43,761 nucleotides of DNA from a virus (Duplodnaviria; Caudoviricetes), in the IMG/VR virus record IMGVR_UViG_3300048901_000044, positions 1-43,761 of that record; one strand, given 5' to 3'. The notes below the pieces were generated by a model that worked only from the letters and a program-made list of their open reading frames with translations, did not search any database and was not told the origin of the DNA. Positions 8,426 to 18,356 of this stretch are shown here, piece after piece. The translations under genes and the position numbers were made by a program. Numbering within the stretch: position 1 is the first letter of the stretch; the number at the start of each line of letters is the position of its first letter.

Positions 8426-10065
8426 AGCGGGACTCCAGCCATGCCGGGCATGTCATTCGGGTTCATTACTTCGTTCGGGTCCACCGGTACCAGCCCGGGC
8501 TGCTGGTGACTGACCGCCAGTGGGGGCTGCGGAATCACTTGGTCTCCAATCCGCAGGGGTGACTCCCGGGTGTCGGCCCACACCGACCGGCCCTGTGAAA
8601 TGCGTTGGAGCGCATGGGCCTCGGCCTTCTTCCCTACCGATGGGGGTACCGCGTGGCCCGTGTTCACCGCCCACATGGTCTTGGTGATCTCGTCCGGGGT
8701 CATGCCGGGGACCAGTGACGGGTAGTCCATCCACTTGCCCTCGGGGGTCTTCAGCCGCTGGGCGACTGAGTATTCCGAGGCCACCCCTTGGGGCCCTCCC
8801 GGGAATCCCGTCTGAAAGTCCCCGAGGTACCCGTGGCCCTTGAGACTGCCATCTTCCCGGTACCAGCTCGGGTCGTCCTCGGGGGGAGGGGGAGGGGCTC
8901 CCGGTACCGGCTCCAGCCCGGGCTTCTGGGGCTCGGCAGCCGAGGACTCCCGACTGATGCCCAGCGACCCAATCGCCGCGCCCAGACCGGCAATGGCCTT
9001 GGCCGACCAGCCACCTTCCGCCAGTGCCGCCTTCAGCCGCCTCGGGTCCAGCATGGCCCCGTACTCCAGCAGGCCCTTCTGGCGGAGGATGTCGATGGGC
9101 GCACTGGCCGGGGCCCGGCCCTTGAGGACTTGGGAGCCGTCCCAGAAGGTACTGAACACCGGGTTGACATCCACCCCCGGCTCGATCTCCTCCAGTGCCC
9201 GGCGCAGGGCCCCCTCGTACCGCTTGTAAATCTGCGGGTTCGTCAGGCCCCCACTGCGCTTCAGCCCTTCCGTTGAGGTCATCAGCGTGCGAAGGGCCGG
9301 TATCTCCGGGTCGAACTTGGTGGCGGTGGACCCAACGCCAAAGAGGGCATGTACGTCCACCGGTAACCGGGGGTCACCCGCCATGTACCCGGCCATGGCC
9401 TCGGCCTTGGTATCCGGCGACAGGGTCTCCCCGGCGACGGCCTTGTTCAAGTTGCCGAACTTGGACCCGGCCATGGTGATCTTGTCGTGGGCCAGCTCCC
9501 GGGCCATGTCCTCCGTGAAGGGTACGTCTGGGTTCTCCAGCAGGTGAATCAGCGCACTGATGGACTCCCGGGTGTTCTTGACCGTGGAGGTGTTGGGAGA
9601 AGTGGCCCCCCACATCCGCGCCCACTGCAGGGCCTTCTCCCGGTCCCCGGCAAAGGCCCCAAGGATGTCAATATTCCCAGCCCCCTCCCAGTTGGAGGTC
9701 ACACGCTTGCCCAATAGGTGGTAGATGTCCGCGACCCGGTCCTTGGTGGCGTTCTGCAGCGTGTAGATGCCTTCCTTGCCGCTCCGGGGGTCAATGGTGT
9801 TCGCCAGTGACCCCAAGGCCTGCCCACTGACCGGGAAGTCCTTGTACGCCTTGAAGGACTTCAGTCCCCGCGATAGGCGGTCCAGCAGGGTCTTGGCCTC
9901 GGTGGTCTCGACCCCCGCCGCCAGTCCGGTGATCTGGGACTCGGGGTCCGTACCCCCGAGCTTCTGGGAGATCCACCGGGCCACCGACAACCACGCCGGG
10001 TCCAAGACACTCGCGTTCTTGGACTTCATCCACTCCGGGGTGGGGTCTTGGATCTTGGTCGGCAT
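8407..10065 (-). CDS. Multidomain virion-associated protein with a putative HhH-glycosylase-like domain
   Basis: ATSPN....N, K, PVDVH, Y..YE and W pattern in the N-half. A separate globular C-domain follows a proline linker. Confidence 0.55.
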   Translation of the reverse strand: MPTKIQDPTPEWMKSKNASVLDPAWLSVARWISQKLGGTDPESQITGLAAGVETTEAKTLLDRLSRGLKSFKAYKDFPVSGQALGSLANTIDPRSGKEGIYTLQNATKDRVADIYHLLGKRVTSNWEGAGNIDILGAFAGDREKALQWARMWGATSPNTSTVKNTRESISALIHLLENPDVPFTEDMARELAHDKITMAGSKFGNLNKAVAGETLSPDTKAEAMAGYMAGDPRLPVDVHALFGVGSTATKFDPEIPALRTLMTSTEGLKRSGGLTNPQIYKRYEGALRRALEEIEPGVDVNPVFSTFWDGSQVLKGRAPASAPIDILRQKGLLEYGAMLDPRRLKAALAEGGWSAKAIAGLGAAIGSLGISRESSAAEPQKPGLEPVPGAPPPPPEDDPSWYREDGSLKGHGYLGDFQTGFPGGPQGVASEYSVAQRLKTPEGKWMDYPSLVPGMTPDEITKTMWAVNTGHAVPPSVGKKAEAHALQRISQGRSVWADTRESPLRIGDQVIPQPPLAVSHQQPGLVPVDPNEVMNPNDMPGMAGVPLWLIPR

Positions 10066-10071
10066 GACTGG

Positions 10072-11379
10072 TTACCGCCGCCGGATATTGTTTGGGTCGT
10101 CCCCGACGCTGTACACTTTGACCCCGCCCATGGCCCCACCATTTGTCTGGAACTGGCCCCCACCCGGGACCCCCGGCGTCTGGGTCACGGCCCCGTACCG
10201 ATTGAGCTGCCCGGCTGCAGGCTGCTGCCCAATGGGCTGGCCCGCACTGCCCGTCTGACTCGGCAGCCCTTCGCTCAGATCCAAGGGGTCACTGATTTCC
10301 AAGTCGGCCAGCTTGTGGCCCCGGTCCAGCATCTGCAGCCGGTGGGCAATGGCCCGGCGCATGACATTGAGCTTGACCTCGTTGACCTCGCCCGGGATGC
10401 TGATGTCCGGGGCAAAGGTCATCAACCGTGCCACCTCCGTGGGCGTCAGGGCCGAGCCGTACTTCCCATGCGCGATGTCGGCCACCATACTGCTCAGGGA
10501 CGACCGCAGGTCCTCGGCCTGCTTGTCGAAGTTCATGCCGTACTGAGACAGGGTTTCCTTGGCGCTGCCCGAGCCCTTGAGGAACGGCCCGACCCCGCGC
10601 CAGTTGATTTCCTTCCCCACGGCGAGGACGTGGTCAATCTGCGTCAGGAGCTGCTGGTTGTCCCGCTGCTCTTTCTGCGCGGCCTGTCCCAACGGGTCCG
10701 GGGTCTCCCACGCAATGGTGCCGTCTGAGTACCGGCCCCCGGTCATGGGGGTCCCGTCCTCACCCAGCCATTTGCCCGGGTACATGCGTTGGGGGGCATT
10801 GCCCTTGGCGGCAGCGTTCATGGCCGCAATCATCTCCCGGCTGCGGTTGGCCTCCTGCGCCAGTGCGGCTTGCGAGTCCAGCCGCTGCTGCTGTAACCAG
10901 TCCCGCTGGTCACGGTTCGCGGCATCGGCGGCGTCCTTCTCTGTGCCCCGGAACCGGATCTGAGGTACCGCGACCGGCCCCTCGGCCCCGGCCTGCCCAG
11001 TGGTCTGGTCCAGAAACCCCGCCTTGGGCGTGGCCGTGTCAAAGTACCCCTTGGGGACGCCCAGCTCCTTGACGGCGTAGTCGTAGGACGCGGGGTCCTG
11101 CTCGGTCCCGGCGGGTTGCTGCAGGAACAGGTTAATCCGGCGGATCTTCTCGCTCTCCTGCGCGGCTCGGGTGCGCTCGGCCCGGGCGTCGGCATTGGCG
11201 GCCAGTTGGTCCTGCCGGTACGCCTTCATGTCCTCGGCGTTCTGGGCAACCTGCGCCTCTTGGACCCGGATGGCCCGTTCACGCTCCGCCTGTTGCCGCT
11301 CCAGCAGGATGCGCTGGAAATACTGCTCCAGTCCGGCCCCGGCACCGGCTCCCATGTTCAGGTCAGCGAGGGCTCCCAT
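10072..11379 (-). CDS. Putative internal virion / ejection protein
   Basis: Coiled-coil, Q/A-rich; GSALTPTE motif; AGAGGT RBS; operon position. Confidence 0.55.
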   Translation of the reverse strand: MGALADLNMGAGAGAGLEQYFQRILLERQQAERERAIRVQEAQVAQNAEDMKAYRQDQLAANADARAERTRAAQESEKIRRINLFLQQPAGTEQDPASYDYAVKELGVPKGYFDTATPKAGFLDQTTGQAGAEGPVAVPQIRFRGTEKDAADAANRDQRDWLQQQRLDSQAALAQEANRSREMIAAMNAAAKGNAPQRMYPGKWLGEDGTPMTGGRYSDGTIAWETPDPLGQAAQKEQRDNQQLLTQIDHVLAVGKEINWRGVGPFLKGSGSAKETLSQYGMNFDKQAEDLRSSLSSMVADIAHGKYGSALTPTEVARLMTFAPDISIPGEVNEVKLNVMRRAIAHRLQMLDRGHKLADLEISDPLDLSEGLPSQTGSAGQPIGQQPAAGQLNRYGAVTQTPGVPGGGQFQTNGGAMGGVKVYSVGDDPNNIRRR

Positions 11380-11391
11380 GGTCAGTACCTC

Positions 11392-12708
11392 TTATCCGCG
11401 CCACAGGCCACTGAGGCCTGACGCCAAGCTGCCGTAGGACAACAGACGATCCGTCAGACTGGTCTTGCCGCCATTGGGCTTCTGGGTCAGGGGGTCGGCC
11501 ATGGCGAGGGTCGGCGGGGTCAGGGCCGGTTGCCGCATATTCGCCAGTGCGTTGTTGCTCAGCATCTGCCCCGCGGCCCGGGCGTTGGGCCCCAGCGCAC
11601 TCGGCCTGATGCCCCCCTCGTAGTGGACGATGTTGGCGCGAGGGTGGGTGGCGACCACGTCCTGTACATTCGCCAGCAGGTCCCCGCGCTGGGTACTGGT
11701 GGTGTCTTGGTTCTGTGACTTGCTGTACTGGTTCTGCGAATCAATCCGCGCCTTCATCTCGTCCAGCAGGGCTTGGTTGTTCTGCTTGGTCCGGTCCAAG
11801 GCCGTGGTATCGAGCCGGTAATTGGCGACGTTCTCCTGCGCCAAGCCCGAGGCCCGGCCCTTGGCGGCCTCACTGAGCACCGGGGACAGCTTGGACGCAA
11901 TGCCCGCGTACTTGGTCAGGGCACTGGGACTCGACGCCAGTGACGCGGCTGACCCGCCGAGGCTACTGGTCGGAGCCGTGGGCAGCGTGGTCGCCACCGC
12001 CGGGGTCGCCAGCGGGCTACTTGCCAGCCCCCCCGTGCCCGCGCCCGGCATCCCGGCTAGCGTCGTCGGGGTGATGGCCCCCGCCTCCGGGACCGTCGCC
12101 GCTGCCGCCGCCGGGGCCGCTGCTTCCGGGGCTGCCGCTGCCCCTCCGGTCAACGCCGCATCGGCCAGTGCGCCCCCAGTGGCTGAGGCCGCCGCGCCCC
12201 CGCCGAGTGACGCCAGCCCGGTGCCGCCTTCGACCAGTGACGGCACGAAGCCACTGCCAATCGTGGTACTGGCGAGGGTACCGCCACCGACTGCGGCCCC
12301 GGTGCCCCCACCAGTAGCCGCTGCGCCCCCGCCAGCCGCTGCGGCCCCACCCCCGCCTGCCCCGGCCCCGATGATGGCGGGAATCGCCACGGCCGCTGCC
12401 ACCCCGCCTGCGAACATCAAGGGAATGGCCCAGTCGTTGTTGCGCTGCCACCAGTTCAGATGGCGTACCGAGACCGCCCCGTCGTCCTCGGTGTGCAGGA
12501 CCCAGTCATGGGGCAGGTCGATGCCGAACTGCTTCAGGATCTTGTCCTCGGGCTGCCGGTACTGAACCTCCGGGTGCGCGAGGTGTTGCCCGATGGAGGC
12601 CCGATCCCCGCCCAGCTTCGGGAGCTTGGCGTTGGCGGCCAAAGCCTGCATGGCCTGCGGGTTACTCATAATCTCGGTAGCGAGGACTTGTGCGCCTTGA
12701 AGTGTCAT
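11392..12708 (-). CDS. Putative ejection / pilot protein with a TM segment and Gly/Ala low-complexity tract
   Basis: WAIPLMFAGGVAAAVAIPAII hydrophobic segment followed by a long G/A/T/P-rich linker. Confidence 0.55.
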   Translation of the reverse strand: MTLQGAQVLATEIMSNPQAMQALAANAKLPKLGGDRASIGQHLAHPEVQYRQPEDKILKQFGIDLPHDWVLHTEDDGAVSVRHLNWWQRNNDWAIPLMFAGGVAAAVAIPAIIGAGAGGGGAAAAGGGAAATGGGTGAAVGGGTLASTTIGSGFVPSLVEGGTGLASLGGGAAASATGGALADAALTGGAAAAPEAAAPAAAAATVPEAGAITPTTLAGMPGAGTGGLASSPLATPAVATTLPTAPTSSLGGSAASLASSPSALTKYAGIASKLSPVLSEAAKGRASGLAQENVANYRLDTTALDRTKQNNQALLDEMKARIDSQNQYSKSQNQDTTSTQRGDLLANVQDVVATHPRANIVHYEGGIRPSALGPNARAAGQMLSNNALANMRQPALTPPTLAMADPLTQKPNGGKTSLTDRLLSYGSLASGLSGLWRG

Positions 12709-12711
12709 GGG

Positions 12712-13830
12712 TTATACCGTGGCCGCCTGCGTGTTCAGGTTCGACTCCTGATTGCCAATCAGGTACCCGAGGTTGTCGTAGAACTGGGTGTTCTGGACGG
12801 CGAGCTGCGCCATTTGTAGTGCCGCCGTGACGGACTGAAGCTGCTGCTGCAGGGTCAGCCGGTCAGTGTCATTCAGATACCCCCCGTACTGGGTCAGGGC
12901 CGTCTGGAGCCGGTTCTGCCTGTCCGTGAGGAGCTGCTCGGCCAGCTTGGCTTGGTACTGCGAATTGGCCTCGCCCTCGGCCTGCTGCATCCCCATGACA
13001 TCACTGTCAAAACCACCAGTCCCCGCGCCCCCTTGGCCTTGCCCCATGCCCTCGGCCCCGGCGCGTTCCGCCAGCTTGGCCCGGCCGAACTCCCCCGCTC
13101 GCTGGGCGGCATTGGCATACGCCAGTGCTTGGGGTGTCTGGCTCACGTCCCCCACGGGCTTGCTGTTTTCCGCAATGAGGGCCGCGTACTGCTGGTTGAT
13201 AAGGTCCCGGGCCGGGCCTGAGCCCCCGCCCCCGGTCAGGCTGCTGGAGCCGTACCCGAACTGGCCCAGCAGGTGGGCAATGAGGTCGTTGAGGCTGTTG
13301 TAGTCCGTGCCTCCGCCCCCGCCGTCGCCGCCGCCTGTGACCGGGTTCCACGTCGCGCCCTTCCCACCCTCACCAGCGGCCAGTACGGCGTCAAACACCC
13401 GCCCGTCCGCGAGCCGGACCTTGTCACCCTTGCTGCCGGTGATGGTGATGCCCTGCGACAGCTCCGGGTGCTGGCTGATGAAGTTTGCAAGGTCTTGGGG
13501 CGTCCGTCCCCCGCTGCCGAGCCATGCCTGTGAGAAGGCCGACTCGTTGAACGCCGGGGCCCGGCCACCTGTGGGGTCGTAGTTCGTGCTACTCGGGTTA
13601 TTGCTGCCCGGCCCTCCCGGGTTGCGTTCGTCCCACGGGAATCGGCCCGGGGCTAGCTGGATGTCCGTAGACTGGGCAGGGGCCGTGGGGTAGTTCTCCG
13701 CCGGGGCCCCGGCATTGGTGGTACTACCCCCGGGGGCCTTGCCGCCCAGTACCGAGACCCAGTCGTCCTGACTCGGGTCGGTCGTGGGGTCATTGCCCGG
13801 TTTGTCGGCGTTGTACAGGGTGCGAGCCAC
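12712..13830 (-). CDS. Putative internal virion protein
   Basis: GGAGG RBS; Gly/Gln-rich; operon position. Confidence 0.55.
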   Translation of the reverse strand: MARTLYNADKPGNDPTTDPSQDDWVSVLGGKAPGGSTTNAGAPAENYPTAPAQSTDIQLAPGRFPWDERNPGGPGSNNPSSTNYDPTGGRAPAFNESAFSQAWLGSGGRTPQDLANFISQHPELSQGITITGSKGDKVRLADGRVFDAVLAAGEGGKGATWNPVTGGGDGGGGGTDYNSLNDLIAHLLGQFGYGSSSLTGGGGSGPARDLINQQYAALIAENSKPVGDVSQTPQALAYANAAQRAGEFGRAKLAERAGAEGMGQGQGGAGTGGFDSDVMGMQQAEGEANSQYQAKLAEQLLTDRQNRLQTALTQYGGYLNDTDRLTLQQQLQSVTAALQMAQLAVQNTQFYDNLGYLIGNQESNLNTQAATV

Positions 13831-13839
13831 TGGAACCTC

Positions 13840-14088
13840 CTACAAGCCGAGCTTCTTGCCGAGTAACTCCCGAATCATGGCGTGCGGGTCAGCGCCCGGC
13901 ATTTGGGCCGGGGCAGTCGTGCCCGGGGGGAGCTGTTGCTGGCCCACCCCCATCGGTCGGCCCGGGGGCGGCACACCCTCCATGCCCTGCATTTGAGGCG
14001 CTTGCTGCGGCGGTAACGTGCCGCCCATAGGGTCAGGAATCAGGCTGCTGACCGGCGACCGGAGCGGGTCGTACTGGGACTTCGGCAT
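13840..14088 (-). CDS. Small Pro/Gln-rich protein
   Basis: GAGG RBS; fills the operon gap. Confidence 0.55.
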   Translation of the reverse strand: MPKSQYDPLRSPVSSLIPDPMGGTLPPQQAPQMQGMEGVPPPGRPMGVGQQQLPPGTTAPAQMPGADPHAMIRELLGKKLGL

Positions 14089-14096
14089 GGGAACCT

Positions 14097-14765
14097 CTAA
14101 CTGAGTTTAATGACGGAGCAGTGGTTACTGCTGCTGGCCCCGCCGGTTACAACATCGGCCCCGGTACTCTGGAACACCGCGACCGTCACCGCCGTCCGCT
14201 GCAACGCCCCAACAATCGGTACCGTATCCGGTGGCGGGAAGGGTACCACGCAACTCACGAACGTGCTGACGTTCACCCCGGGGCTGGCCGCCACGGTAAC
14301 TTTTGCCACTTCATCCAGCCCGGAGCGGATCATCACTTGGTACTGCCCGGCCCCGGCGGCAGGCCAGCGCAGGGCGACCGTGAACAGGTAATTCCCCTCC
14401 TCGGGGGGTAAGAACCAGCCATTCGCCGGGCCTTGGTAGATGCGGCCCGTCGAGTACAGGGAGCCGTTGTCGTAGAAGTCGTCCGGAGCCGTGGCGTCCG
14501 AATGCAGCGGGTCCTGCCACAAGATCGTCGGCTCCTGCCCGTTGGCAATCACCTGCTGGGCGGTCAGCCCCACCCGGCAGCGTAACTGGCCGTGGAACGT
14601 GCCCCAGCCGCCCTTGTAGATGTTCCCCCTGCCGGTAATAGACTTGTGCGTCCCGTCGTCCTCGTGCTCCACGCTGAGGTTGACCCCGAGCTGGTTGACG
14701 AAGTCTTCAAGCTGCTGGCGTAAGTTCCCGGGCAGACCTTCCAGTACCGTGAGGTTGATGCCCAC
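14097..14765 (-). CDS. Putative tail-associated beta-sandwich protein
   Basis: G.YLFTVAL.W pattern in the C-half; adjacent to the head-closure gene. Confidence 0.5.
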   Translation of the reverse strand: MGINLTVLEGLPGNLRQQLEDFVNQLGVNLSVEHEDDGTHKSITGRGNIYKGGWGTFHGQLRCRVGLTAQQVIANGQEPTILWQDPLHSDATAPDDFYDNGSLYSTGRIYQGPANGWFLPPEEGNYLFTVALRWPAAGAGQYQVMIRSGLDEVAKVTVAASPGVNVSTFVSCVVPFPPPDTVPIVGALQRTAVTVAVFQSTGADVVTGGASSSNHCSVIKLS

Positions 14766-16729
14766 TACCGGCTCCCCTCGTTGCCCACCAGAATCTGCCA
14801 GCGGTCAATCGTCCACGCCGGGCCAGAGACCGGGCCCGTGTCCCCGATGTACGCAATGACCGACTCTTGGATGTCGCCGTACGCCGAGTCCTCAAACTCC
14901 CGCCACGCCCATGACTCGGTCGCCTTGGGGGCGAAGGAGGCCGGGATGATCTTGGCAGGCATGATGCCCCAGTCTGGGGTAATCGCGGATGCCAAGTTCA
15001 CGCCTGCTTGGGCCTTGACCAGCGCCCACGCATTCCCCACCCGGGTGCGGTTGGCCGCCGGGGGCACGAGGACCTTCTGGATGTACGCTTGGTAGGGGTT
15101 GCCGACATCGTCCACCGTCGCCGGGTCGTCGCACTTGAGCAGCAGCGACCCCCCGGAGTAGCTGGCGTAGGGGCTCAGGACCTTGCTCATCGTGGCCCCC
15201 ATGGTGGTGGCGAACATGACCGAGCAGTAGGCATTGGTACTGATGCCCTGCGCCCGGGTCCAGCCGTAGATCACGCCCTTGGTCGCATGACGGCGGCCCT
15301 GCCGGGTATCGAACACCAGCCGCTCGTTGGGCACGTTGGCAGCCCCGGTGGCGATGTAGACCCACAACTGGTGCAGGTCGGCGTGGTAGATGGTGTGGCA
15401 GGGGATGGTGGCTTCCATGTTCACCGTCGCCCACACGTCCTGTATATCCCAGTTACACTGGACCGGGCCGTTGTTATCAATCCGCCATGGCCCCTTGTGC
15501 CCACACACGTACAACGCCGAGTTCCCTGACTCGTCCTCGGCCAAGCAGACCGACTTATCGTGGATGCAGCCGTAGGGCACGCCGAGCGGGACTCGCGTGT
15601 AGGGCCGGGTCACGTCACCGGTCGGGGAGAGGCGGTAGGTGCGCCGGTAGGCGAAGGCGAAGAAGGACCCTTGGACCGGGCCCCCGAGGCCTGACAACGG
15701 CTCGGTAATGTCAAGGTAATTCCGAATGGCCGGGATCGAGGCGTTACCCACAGTAATCGGGATGCGCTCGTCGTCACTGACGTCCAGACTCCCGAGCCGT
15801 GGCGTGTACCAGATGCGGCTGATCTTGCCCGGCACCTCTGCGAACCCTGCCGCTGGGGCCGTAGCCTGAATGCCCCCGAGTATCAGCCGGTCGCCGTCTG
15901 CCACGCAGTACCGGGCGGCGGGCGGCAGCAGGTACGTGCCAATGGGCGCAGGGGACCGGCCAATCAGTGCGCCACTATCGGTCACGCCGACCCCAATTAC
16001 GGCGTCCCCGACAAAGTGCTGGATGCCGTAGGAGTCCTGCTTGCTGGCCCCCCATAGCTCCCAGTGTGTTTCCCCTTCGCCCGGGTACACCGTGGGCACC
16101 ACCGTCACGTCCTGAGCATTCGGTGTCAGCTCCACGTAGTCGTGACTCAGCTCGGAGCGGCGAATCACCACCCCGGCAGCCGTTTTCTGCACCACCGAGG
16201 CCCAGTAGCGCCGGGTGTCGGTGACATTGCCTGCAGGAGCTGCCGCCAGTACCGGCGGTCCCGGCGGGGCGAGCCCCATGTACCGGACCTGAGTCCCGTC
16301 CCAGACCTGCGACCGGTTGACCCCCGTGGGCCCGAAGATGAACAGCTTCTCGTTGAAGGTGACCCAGTTGACCCGGCTGGTCTCGTCCACAAACGGCGTC
16401 TTCATCGCCATCTGGGCCCATAGGGTACTGGCTTTAATCCGGGCCACCATGCCACTGCCGTCCACCGCCCACAGCTCCGCATTCTTCTCAAAGAAGTCGG
16501 GCAGGTACCGGGTCCAGCTCGTGACAATCGCGTTCCACGGGCCGCCACTCACAAACCCCAGCCCGGGTGAGGCGGAACTGCCATTACGCCGGTGAGCAAT
16601 CTGCCCCTCGGCATAATCGACGTTCAGCGCCTCAAGGACCTGATTGGCGTCCACGTCCTCGGGCGGGTCATTCCGGTTGCGCCCGCCGCGTAAGTCCGTG
16701 AAGTTGAAGTTCTGGTCGGCTTGGGGCAT
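14765..16729 (-). CDS. Head-closure / tail nozzle protein (P22 gp10-like)
   Basis: 654-aa beta-rich protein with an N-terminal DLRGGRN...EALNVD...HRRNG pattern; follows the adaptor. Confidence 0.7.
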   Translation of the reverse strand: MPQADQNFNFTDLRGGRNRNDPPEDVDANQVLEALNVDYAEGQIAHRRNGSSASPGLGFVSGGPWNAIVTSWTRYLPDFFEKNAELWAVDGSGMVARIKASTLWAQMAMKTPFVDETSRVNWVTFNEKLFIFGPTGVNRSQVWDGTQVRYMGLAPPGPPVLAAAPAGNVTDTRRYWASVVQKTAAGVVIRRSELSHDYVELTPNAQDVTVVPTVYPGEGETHWELWGASKQDSYGIQHFVGDAVIGVGVTDSGALIGRSPAPIGTYLLPPAARYCVADGDRLILGGIQATAPAAGFAEVPGKISRIWYTPRLGSLDVSDDERIPITVGNASIPAIRNYLDITEPLSGLGGPVQGSFFAFAYRRTYRLSPTGDVTRPYTRVPLGVPYGCIHDKSVCLAEDESGNSALYVCGHKGPWRIDNNGPVQCNWDIQDVWATVNMEATIPCHTIYHADLHQLWVYIATGAANVPNERLVFDTRQGRRHATKGVIYGWTRAQGISTNAYCSVMFATTMGATMSKVLSPYASYSGGSLLLKCDDPATVDDVGNPYQAYIQKVLVPPAANRTRVGNAWALVKAQAGVNLASAITPDWGIMPAKIIPASFAPKATESWAWREFEDSAYGDIQESVIAYIGDTGPVSGPAWTIDRWQILVGNEGSR

Positions 16730-17719
16730 CTACCACCTACCGGCGGGGAACCATGAGCCCAAGTTACTCGACCGGCTGCTCCGAGTGCGCCCGTCCTCGG
16801 GAATCAGCACTTGGGTATCGGGATTGGCGACCGAGTCCAAGAAGGCCGTCAGCAGCGGCGTAATATGCGTCTGCATCAGGTTCTGCGCCAGATCAGTCTC
16901 CTTCTTCCACGTCAGCAGCTCCTCGTAGCAGGCGCACAGGTACAGCACTTGGTCATACGAATCCGTCAGGATGGACTGGTCGCTGTCTACCAGCATGTCC
17001 TGAATGGTCCAGCGCCCGTCGATGGTGTAGTCAATGGCACTACTCGGGACGGGATACAGATTCAACAAGTAGGCCCGGGCACTGAGCTGCCCCAGTGGAA
17101 TGGTCGCCAGCAGGTGGTCACTCGGCCCCGGAGCGCCTGAGTCGAACACATGGACGTTGCCCGTCGCCACGCTTGCCAGTGACAGGGCAGTAATGTCGAT
17201 GTATTCCTGTGGGCCCGGAAAGCCCACCCGCACCTGCCCGGTCAGGGCCACGCTGGTCTGATAGGGATACCCCGGGTACAGCACCCCATTCAGCCGGGCG
17301 ATCATCGCGTCCGTGGGCCCGTCACTGGAGATGAAGACGCCCGTGCGATAAGGCAGCCGCTCTACCGGCCTGAGGCCTATGGGGATATAATAGGCGGGGG
17401 TACCCTGAGCGATTTGCGCCTGTGGGTCACGCCGGTACCAGTTCCCATCCCCCAGCATCAAGCCCGGGTTATTCCCCTTGGCATCGTAAATCCGGCGGAT
17501 CTTCTCCATCGCCATGGGCACGGCGTACTGGTACGTCCCGGCGGTGGTGCCGAAGGTGAACTGCCCCTCCCGCAAGTGGCTGAACCGGGGATCGCCCAGA
17601 ATGCGCTTGTTCCACTCGTTGATGTAGGTCTTGATGCGCGTCCGGGGCAGACTGGTGACCAAGCTGTAGTCGTACTGCAGCCGGTCCAAGGCCCTGTCTT
17701 GGAGTTCTTTGAACGTCAT
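16730..17719 (-). CDS. Head-tail adaptor protein
   Basis: MTFKELQDR...IKTYINE...YQYAVP...GTPAYY...LYPVP pattern of podovirus adaptors. Confidence 0.7.
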   Translation of the reverse strand: MTFKELQDRALDRLQYDYSLVTSLPRTRIKTYINEWNKRILGDPRFSHLREGQFTFGTTAGTYQYAVPMAMEKIRRIYDAKGNNPGLMLGDGNWYRRDPQAQIAQGTPAYYIPIGLRPVERLPYRTGVFISSDGPTDAMIARLNGVLYPGYPYQTSVALTGQVRVGFPGPQEYIDITALSLASVATGNVHVFDSGAPGPSDHLLATIPLGQLSARAYLLNLYPVPSSAIDYTIDGRWTIQDMLVDSDQSILTDSYDQVLYLCACYEELLTWKKETDLAQNLMQTHITPLLTAFLDSVANPDTQVLIPEDGRTRSSRSSNLGSWFPAGRW

Positions 17720-17871
17720 CCGTTTAGCTCCTTGAGCAATGCCTGAAGCTGCTTGACCACCACCGCCAGCCGCGTGTCCACTTCATCCAGCCGCCGCCAC
17801 GTCCAGAGCGCCACACCCACCGCCCACATGGCGATCAGTGCCACGACCAGCAGCCCGAAGACCACCGTCAC
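17716..17871 (-). CDS. Small membrane protein (51 aa; not in the ORF track)
   Basis: GTGA and ATGA coupling; VTVVFGLLVVALIAMWAVGVALW TM helix followed by a coiled coil. Confidence 0.6.
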   Translation of the reverse strand: MTVVFGLLVVALIAMWAVGVALWTWRRLDEVDTRLAVVVKQLQALLKELNG

Positions 17872-18062
17872 CGAAGGCTCACGTTCCCCACACGCAGGAC
17901 CCCGAAGGCCTGCAGCAGGTACAACACAATGACGACCACGAGGACCACGTCAATCAGCACCAGTATCTGGGGCGGGAGCCCGAAGACCCCGGCGACCCGG
18001 TGAATGGCCCAGTAGATAAGGCAGACGATAATCACGACGACGAGAAGGCCGATTAAACTCAT
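17868..18062 (-). CDS. Two-TM holin-like protein
   Basis: 64 aa, two hydrophobic helices, AAGGAG RBS. Confidence 0.6.
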   Translation of the reverse strand: MSLIGLLVVVIIVCLIYWAIHRVAGVFGLPPQILVLIDVVLVVVIVLYLLQAFGVLRVGNVSLR

Positions 18063-18072
18063 GGCTGACTCC

Positions 18073-18354
18073 TTACCGCATGACCTGTACTGTCACGGCA
18101 GCGACCACCGCCGCCAGAATCATGTCGATGTACCGGTTCATCAGCAACGTCTGGACCAGCCCCTTCTTCTGCGCCTGCGCTTCTAACACGGCTACCTTGG
18201 CCTGCAACTGCTCCAACTGTGTACAGACCCCCTTGAGGTCCAGATTCTGACTCTCCACCATGACGCAGGGTGGTGGCAGACACGGACAGGTCTGGCCCCG
18301 TACCGGTGCGCCCACCAGTAGCAGTACCAGTACCCATCCGAGTCTGCCCTTCAT
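18073..18354 (-). CDS. Exported / membrane coiled-coil protein (spanin-like?)
   Basis: Signal-like N-terminus MKGRLGWVLVLLLVG, CPCLPPPC, a coiled coil and a hydrophobic C-terminus. Confidence 0.5.
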   Translation of the reverse strand: MKGRLGWVLVLLLVGAPVRGQTCPCLPPPCVMVESQNLDLKGVCTQLEQLQAKVAVLEAQAQKKGLVQTLLMNRYIDMILAAVVAAVTVQVMR

Positions 18355-18356
18355 GT

